From Alphaproteobacteria bacterium (GTDB lineage: Bacteria; Pseudomonadota; Alphaproteobacteria; RF32; CAG-239), in assembly GCA_045603405.1 (NCBI GenBank), contig JAZUMA010000015.1, positions 54,933-118,932 on the forward strand: DNA of 64,000 bases, in the 5' to 3' direction. The notes beneath the pieces are model-generated. The model was not told the DNA's origin, did no database searches, and worked only from the letters and a program-made list of their open reading frames with translations. The translations under genes and the position numbers were made by a program. Positions 58,987-64,000 of this stretch are shown here, in pieces. Within the stretch, counting starts at the first letter, position 1, and each line of letters starts with the position of its first letter.

Positions 58987-61328
58987 AACTAAAAAACATT
59001 TTAATTGAACAAATGGAGCGAGAGGCGCAAGCCTCTCCACTCCCTCCGAGAGAAGATGTTAGCGCATCTGCTCTCAATAACCAAAATGTTTGCAATATCA
59101 ACGAAGCGACCAACTTTTTGGATATTGCTACATTTTACGCACAACGCAATATTAAAACCTTTCCGGTAAAAAAGCAAGGCAAATCACCGCTTTGCCCGCA
59201 TGGTTTTAATGACGCAACCGCTGATAAAGTCGTATTGCAGGAATGGAATAAGCAATTTCCAGATTGCAATATAGGCATTCCGACCGGAGCAATCAATAAT
59301 ATCTTTGTTGTTGATGTAGATGGTGAAAGCGGCGCAAAATCTTTAGCTGAGTTTGAAAATAAATATGGTAAACTCAAAGCCCCGACCGTTAGCACAGGAA
59401 AAGGTAAGCATTTGTATTTCAAAATGCCGGAATGGGTAGAAATCAAATGCAGTACGAGTAAAATAGCTCCGCATATTGATATACGCGGTAATGGAGGCTA
59501 TGTTGTAGCACCACCATCTATTCACGAAAACGGTAATAAATATACTTGGGTTAATTTTGACTTTAGTCAAGATTTTCCAACTGCGCCAGAATGGTTGATT
59601 GATTTAATTAACAATCCCGAAAAAACAGATATTGATATGTTGCTTGATGAAATAGCCAACGCTCCTGAGGGAACACGGAACGATAGATTGTTAAGTAATA
59701 CTATCAAAATTTGTAATAGTGCAGATAGACAATTTCGCGATATTTCCGAAATCAAAGAAGATGTTGTAAATGCCGCGCTTGAATCAGGATTAACAAAAGC
59801 AGAGACAGTAAAAACAGTTAGCAATGCTATCAAGTTTTCAGAGGCTCACAGCGATAATCAAGCAGACACAGAGCCGGATATGGATATCCTTAAAGCTAAG
59901 GACCTATTGCCGGCTCCACAGCTTGATACAAGCATCTTTAAAAGCTTAGAGCCGTGGGTAGTGCAAACGGCACAAAATACTAATGCGCCGGTTGACTATG
60001 TCGCATTTTCATTGCTAGCCGGCGCAGCAGGTGTTATTGGTTTGTCGCGCTCTGTTTCACCTTGGGCAGAATGGATAGAACCATGCTGTTTATGGATTGG
60101 TGCTGTCGGAGAGCCAAGCTCCGGCAAAACACCGGCAACTACTCCTATTCGGCGTATTCTGAATCAAATTGAGGAAGACCATAAAGAGCCTTATTTTGCA
60201 AAACTAGCAGAATGGAAACGTACTAGAGAAGTTGCTAAGCAACGCAAAAAAGAATGGGAAGAAAAGGTCAAAGAAAATCCCGATACTGCAAGCAATTTTC
60301 CAAATACCGCTATTATTCCGGCAAAACCGCAAACATATCGCTTTGTTTACGGTGATACTACGCAAGAGGCAATTACCAAGGATATGGAACGCAACATAAA
60401 AGGCGCTATTCTTTTCCGTGACGAATTGTCAGCGTGGATTTGTGGTATGAATCGCTATAATAGCGGCAGTTCCGAGCGCGGTTTTTGGCTTGAGGCTTTT
60501 AACGGCCACAAGTTTGTATGCGATCGCGTTAAATATGACGACGACCGCTTAGAAATTAAAAATCTATTGGTATCGGTGTTCGGTACTATACAGCCTCAAA
60601 GGCTCGTAGACACGGTTTTTGATGACCGCGGCGACGGCTTCCTTGCCCGTTTTCTTTGGGTGTATCCAGCGGTTATACCGCCTGCTATCCCGCAAAATAT
60701 TGCTTTACCGGACACGGCTCTGAAAGCATTGCAAAAACTGGACACTTTATTAGATCCATATGCAGATTTTGCAGAAGAACAGAAAAAATGCTTGCAATTA
60801 AGTATAAAAGCAAAAGATGTTTTTAGCACTTGGTATATTGAACATTTAACCAGAACCCAGCAGGAAGAAAGCAATATCAAATATTTTCTTGGCAAAGGAC
60901 AAGGTTATGTCCTTAGGCTTGCGTTACTTTTAGAGCTTTTGTGGTGGAGTAATTCGGAATTTACTGAGCCGACAGAAGTCAGCGAAGACGCGGTCAAGGC
61001 AGCTATAAATCTTTACGATACCTATTTATTACCTATGTGTGAACGTGTTTATTATATGTATTATAGTCCGGTATATAATATTGAAGCACGGGCATTGGCT
61101 CGATGGATTATCGAAAATAAATCTGAAAGCTTTATTTTACGTGATGTTTATAACAATGGCACAGTAAAATATCTGCGCCGTAAGGAGCCGACAGAAACTG
61201 CCGCTAAAAAATTGGTGGAGCTGAATTGGCTACGTTATGAATGCACGCGCGCCGGAACAACCAAAGGCAAACGCCGGACAACCTACTATGTAAATCCCGA
61301 AGTCTACACTTTGGCGGAAAATTATTAG
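58983..61328 (+). CDS. primase-helicase: N-terminal bifunctional Prim-Pol domain + C-terminal P-loop NTPase (D5/DUF3987-like)
   Basis: 781 aa; Prim-Pol region FPVKKQGKSPLCPHGFNDAT...IGIPTG..NNIFVVDVDGESG...IDIRGNGGYVVAPPSIHENGNKYTW; P-loop GAVGEPSSGKT; GGAGG SD. Confidence 0.7.
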   Translation: MKLKNILIEQMEREAQASPLPPREDVSASALNNQNVCNINEATNFLDIATFYAQRNIKTFPVKKQGKSPLCPHGFNDATADKVVLQEWNKQFPDCNIGIPTGAINNIFVVDVDGESGAKSLAEFENKYGKLKAPTVSTGKGKHLYFKMPEWVEIKCSTSKIAPHIDIRGNGGYVVAPPSIHENGNKYTWVNFDFSQDFPTAPEWLIDLINNPEKTDIDMLLDEIANAPEGTRNDRLLSNTIKICNSADRQFRDISEIKEDVVNAALESGLTKAETVKTVSNAIKFSEAHSDNQADTEPDMDILKAKDLLPAPQLDTSIFKSLEPWVVQTAQNTNAPVDYVAFSLLAGAAGVIGLSRSVSPWAEWIEPCCLWIGAVGEPSSGKTPATTPIRRILNQIEEDHKEPYFAKLAEWKRTREVAKQRKKEWEEKVKENPDTASNFPNTAIIPAKPQTYRFVYGDTTQEAITKDMERNIKGAILFRDELSAWICGMNRYNSGSSERGFWLEAFNGHKFVCDRVKYDDDRLEIKNLLVSVFGTIQPQRLVDTVFDDRGDGFLARFLWVYPAVIPPAIPQNIALPDTALKALQKLDTLLDPYADFAEEQKKCLQLSIKAKDVFSTWYIEHLTRTQQEESNIKYFLGKGQGYVLRLALLLELLWWSNSEFTEPTEVSEDAVKAAINLYDTYLLPMCERVYYMYYSPVYNIEARALARWIIENKSESFILRDVYNNGTVKYLRRKEPTETAAKKLVELNWLRYECTRAGTTKGKRRTTYYVNPEVYTLAENY

Positions 61329-61343
61329 AAATAAGAAAAAGAC

Positions 61344-61374
61344 AGGGCGAGTTTTACGATTCGCCCTTTTTATT
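61344..61374 (+). terminator. bidirectional rho-independent terminator between primase gene and minus-strand cargo operon
   Basis: agggcga-gttttacgat-tcgccct + ttttatt; upstream aagaaaaaga gives T-run on minus strand. Confidence 0.55.
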
Positions 61375-61376
61375 AG

Positions 61377-61667
61377 CTAACTCAATTGACCTAAAAATTT
61401 ATTGCCTTTATTCCATCTAGCTTCGTATTTATCCCGAACCTGATAAACCCAAATATCTGCACCATATTTATCATCAACCCAACAAATAACTGCTGTTGCA
61501 CCATATTCACTATCGGAAAAATACCAAATTTCATCTTTGCAATCAGCCTCATAAATATCTCTTGTTTTGTAGAACCATAAATCAGCTTCGTATTTATCGC
61601 TAACTAAAAACACTTTTACCACCTTCGGAAAAAAATATATATCATTTGTAGCATATATTTGCGCCAT
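61377..61667 (-). CDS. hypothetical repeat protein (five ~12-aa DKY.AD.W.Y repeats), last gene of cargo operon
   Basis: 96 aa: DKYEADLWFY / RDIYEADCKDEIWYF / DSEYGATAVICWV / DDKYGADIWVYQV / RDKYEARWNKG. Confidence 0.4.
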   Translation of the reverse strand: MAQIYATNDIYFFPKVVKVFLVSDKYEADLWFYKTRDIYEADCKDEIWYFSDSEYGATAVICWVDDKYGADIWVYQVRDKYEARWNKGNKFLGQLS

Positions 61668-61749
61668 TGTTTTTACCTTTCATGAAATAAAAAAACAGGC
61701 GCATCATCTTTTAAGATGCGCCATAAATAGAAGTCGTATAGAAACAAAA

Positions 61750-62382
61750 TTATTTCTGATTTACTTTTTGATTGTTAATTTCATCAAAGATTTTAATAAT
61801 TCGAGTTTTTAATTCATCATCTGATAGCGTAAAATTAGATTTCTGCTTTTTTATAACACCCGCAATAAATCTATCTACTTCTTCATACCATTTATCATAT
61901 ATTGTCTCACCATAATCGCCAACATAGACCAGTTCCTTATACTTTTCAGATAATATATTAAAATGTTCCTTGACAATAGAATAAAGCTGTTTTTTGTATA
62001 ATTTTTCTGCGTATTTTCTATATACAAAGCTAAACAAACCAATAACAAGAAAAGAGGTAATAACAACGCAAAAAGAAATTGAATCAGATTCAACACCTAA
62101 TGATTCAAAGAAAACAATTAATCCACCCAATAAAGGAAAAAAAATCAAAGTAACAAAAAGTATAAACCATGAGGAATAAGTAAAACTAACTTTTTTTGTA
62201 TTTCCAGATATTTTATTGCCAATTGCGTTCAACGCATGCGTAGAAGTAGATGCCGAAGCCTTTATAATTTTGACGATTATTAAAAATATAATAACACAAA
62301 TAAGGTAAATTATTGGTCCTATCGGCGGAACAATCAAACAACTTATTATAAAACCAAGTATTATCAAAAGCCATGCTATCAT
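61750..62382 (-). CDS. hypothetical membrane protein (4 TM) with ~90-aa cytoplasmic C-terminal domain
   Basis: 210-aa ORF; middle gene of cargo operon. Confidence 0.45.
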   Translation of the reverse strand: MIAWLLIILGFIISCLIVPPIGPIIYLICVIIFLIIVKIIKASASTSTHALNAIGNKISGNTKKVSFTYSSWFILFVTLIFFPLLGGLIVFFESLGVESDSISFCVVITSFLVIGLFSFVYRKYAEKLYKKQLYSIVKEHFNILSEKYKELVYVGDYGETIYDKWYEEVDRFIAGVIKKQKSNFTLSDDELKTRIIKIFDEINNQKVNQK

Positions 62383-62403
62383 GTCTATTTCTCCTTTTTT
62401 CTA

Positions 62404-63249
62404 TTATTTGCACAAACCAGCCGCCCCATTACTGGTACAGCATTTAAGACTCTTATCATAAAGGTACGTTTGGTATTCTATTTCGGATATTTTGAAATTT
62501 GATTTTTTAAATGCCCTAATTCTCTTATTCTTCCAGTTATATATTCCAATATCTTTATGTAAATATTGCCAGTCTTTGTAGCATTCTCCATCGGCATAAT
62601 CATCGTCAGTATAAATGAAATATTCTTTTTCCTCACATCCAATAAGAGGATTAAGAAATAGATTTGCTAAAGGAGAAAATGTACAGCCACTTCTTACGAC
62701 AATTCCCGTATTATCATAACCGATTACCTTTAAACAGAAACTCCAGTTACTTGTACGATTCTCCGGATTAGAAGTTATAGTTTCATCCAATATCATTAAA
62801 TTGCCTTCAGAGTTGTTAAGTTCAGTATTACGTAGTTTAGCCTTTTCCATAGCCCGTTTGCAATCACTCACCTTTTCCTCTTTTTCTTTTTGTACTTTTA
62901 AAATGCTTGCCTTGTATTGTGCATATTTAGCAATATCCTCCGGGCGTTCTTCTGAACAAATTTCACAAGCTTTCAGTAATTTATCAAAAACATTATCGGC
63001 AGTATCAATCGTCAAAGTTTGATATGTTTTATTAGTATCAGTCCAATCTTTACCATATTGAATGTTTGATATGTATTGAATATTCTTATCACTATCATAT
63101 CTAAAATAATCAGAAAGAAAATGACAACTATTTGGTATTTCTGCCCTAACGTTTTTATACTGTTCTTTAAGAGCTATAAGCCTTTCATTAGTACACCCAA
63201 TTAACATCAACAAAACTAATAAAAAAAACTTTTTCATTATACACTCCAC
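62404..63249 (-). CDS. hypothetical Cys-rich lipoprotein, first gene of cargo operon
   Basis: 281 aa; MKKFFLLVLLMLIGC lipobox; 14 Cys. Confidence 0.45.
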   Translation of the reverse strand: MECIMKKFFLLVLLMLIGCTNERLIALKEQYKNVRAEIPNSCHFLSDYFRYDSDKNIQYISNIQYGKDWTDTNKTYQTLTIDTADNVFDKLLKACEICSEERPEDIAKYAQYKASILKVQKEKEEKVSDCKRAMEKAKLRNTELNNSEGNLMILDETITSNPENRTSNWSFCLKVIGYDNTGIVVRSGCTFSPLANLFLNPLIGCEEKEYFIYTDDDYADGECYKDWQYLHKDIGIYNWKNKRIRAFKKSNFKISEIEYQTYLYDKSLKCCTSNGAAGLCK

Positions 63250-63392
63250 TGCGAAAAAGGAATAATTTAAAACACAGTGTAATGTGTATTAGATTCGGTG
63301 TCAATCAAAATTACAATAAAAAACACAGCCAACCGTTATGGTATTTAACACATTAAAATGTGAAAATAACCGGTGATCTGAAAGGCTGAAAA

Positions 63393-63740
63393 ATGATTGA
63401 ATCAACGCAAATTTTAAAAATATTAGGCAAAAGAATTGCTACACTCCGCAAGCAGCAAGGAATGAATCAAGAGGAATTTGCGGATGTTTCCGGCAAAATG
63501 ATTAACACAATTTCCAATATAGAACGCGGTTTAAGCGATCCTAAAGTAACTACTTTGTTGTCTTTAGCACAAGCATTAAATGTTCCTGTCGATTCTTTAT
63601 TTAACGGCAACGAACAACAACCGATTGAAGAACTACCAGAGAACGTGCAAGCCATTGTAAAACTGATTAAAAACCAAGATAGCCACACATTAAGAGTTAT
63701 TCAAAAACAAATTGAGGCACTTCTAGAGCTAAAGAGGTAA
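63393..63740 (+). CDS. XRE-family (Cro/CI-type) HTH transcriptional regulator
   Basis: 115 aa; LRKQQGMNQEEFADVSGKMINTISNIERGLSDPKVTTLLSLAQALNVPVDSLF. Confidence 0.7.
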   Translation: MIESTQILKILGKRIATLRKQQGMNQEEFADVSGKMINTISNIERGLSDPKVTTLLSLAQALNVPVDSLFNGNEQQPIEELPENVQAIVKLIKNQDSHTLRVIQKQIEALLELKR

Positions 63741-63816
63741 CGTTTAAAAATAAATAGATATTGAGATTTTGATTTTATTAATATACAATTCAGGCATATT
63801 TTATAAGGTGCTCGGA

Positions 63817-64000
63817 ATGAATATTAATGGGATAAATATAAAAAGAACTGACAAAAACACTGTAATTTGCAAAGTTACTTCTTTTACAAATGAATTACAG
63901 CAGATAATTATAGAAAAAATTGCATCTATTGCACGTGGAAAAAATGGCACATATTTTTCGCATAATGAGATATTACGTGAAATGCTGGATATATGTCAAA
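63817..64000 (+). CDS. hypothetical protein, N-terminal part (runs off window)
   Basis: ATG at 63817, open to end of window (61 codons). Confidence 0.3.
   Translation, partial: MNINGINIKRTDKNTVICKVTSFTNELQQIIIEKIASIARGKNGTYFSHNEILREMLDICQ

Overview
AT-rich (by eye about one-third GC) alphaproteobacterial chromosome segment of the Rickettsiales kind; I cannot assign a species. Gene content, in order: (1) 1-5.6 kb, the S10/spc ribosomal-protein operon on the minus strand (rplX 5' part, rplN, rpsQ, rpmC, rplP, rpsC, rplV, rpsS, rplB, rplW, rplD, rplC, rpsJ), with no tuf upstream of rpsJ. (2) 5.6-10 kb, an accessory stretch with a poly-Asp/Cys-rich micro-ORF, an ankyrin-repeat lipoprotein, tRNA-His and a His/Lys-rich lipoprotein. 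(3) 10-20 kb, a housekeeping block (dacA-like PBP, pgm, CckA-like hybrid histidine kinase, hda, truB, rpsO, pnp) with overlapping stop/start codons from cckA to truB. (4) 20.6-32.9 kb, pfkA followed by an accessory region of membrane and surface genes (DUF4422 glycosyltransferase-like, DUF805, CPA2 antiporter, a/b-hydrolase lipoprotein, type IV pilin-like protein, pyruvyl-transferase-like protein, several lipoproteins) ending at tRNA-Leu(UAA). (5) 33-56 kb, pssA, ychF, pth, rplY, trxB, acyP, an AsmA-family protein, rluC, rarA, sodB, ctrA, a degenerate DEAD-box paralog, yebC, ruvC, adk, a thermonuclease, then rplU-rpmA-obgE-rsfS. (6) 56.3-64 kb, an OMP gene preceded by three hairpins sharing a TTCATAAC loop motif, then a truncated tRNA-Trp followed by a P4/PICI-like integrative element (tyrosine integrase, AlpA/Xis-like HTH, Prim-Pol/P-loop primase-helicase, a three-gene cargo operon of unknown function, an XRE regulator) that runs off the window. 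Intergenic DNA carries at least three repeat families: a duplicated ~300-bp 5' region with a variable (ATGT)n microsatellite in front of two unrelated genes; a modular palindromic family with covarying stems; and an ORF-compatible RPE-like element. There are many rho-independent terminators. No CRISPR array, rRNA or recognisable IS transposase was seen.
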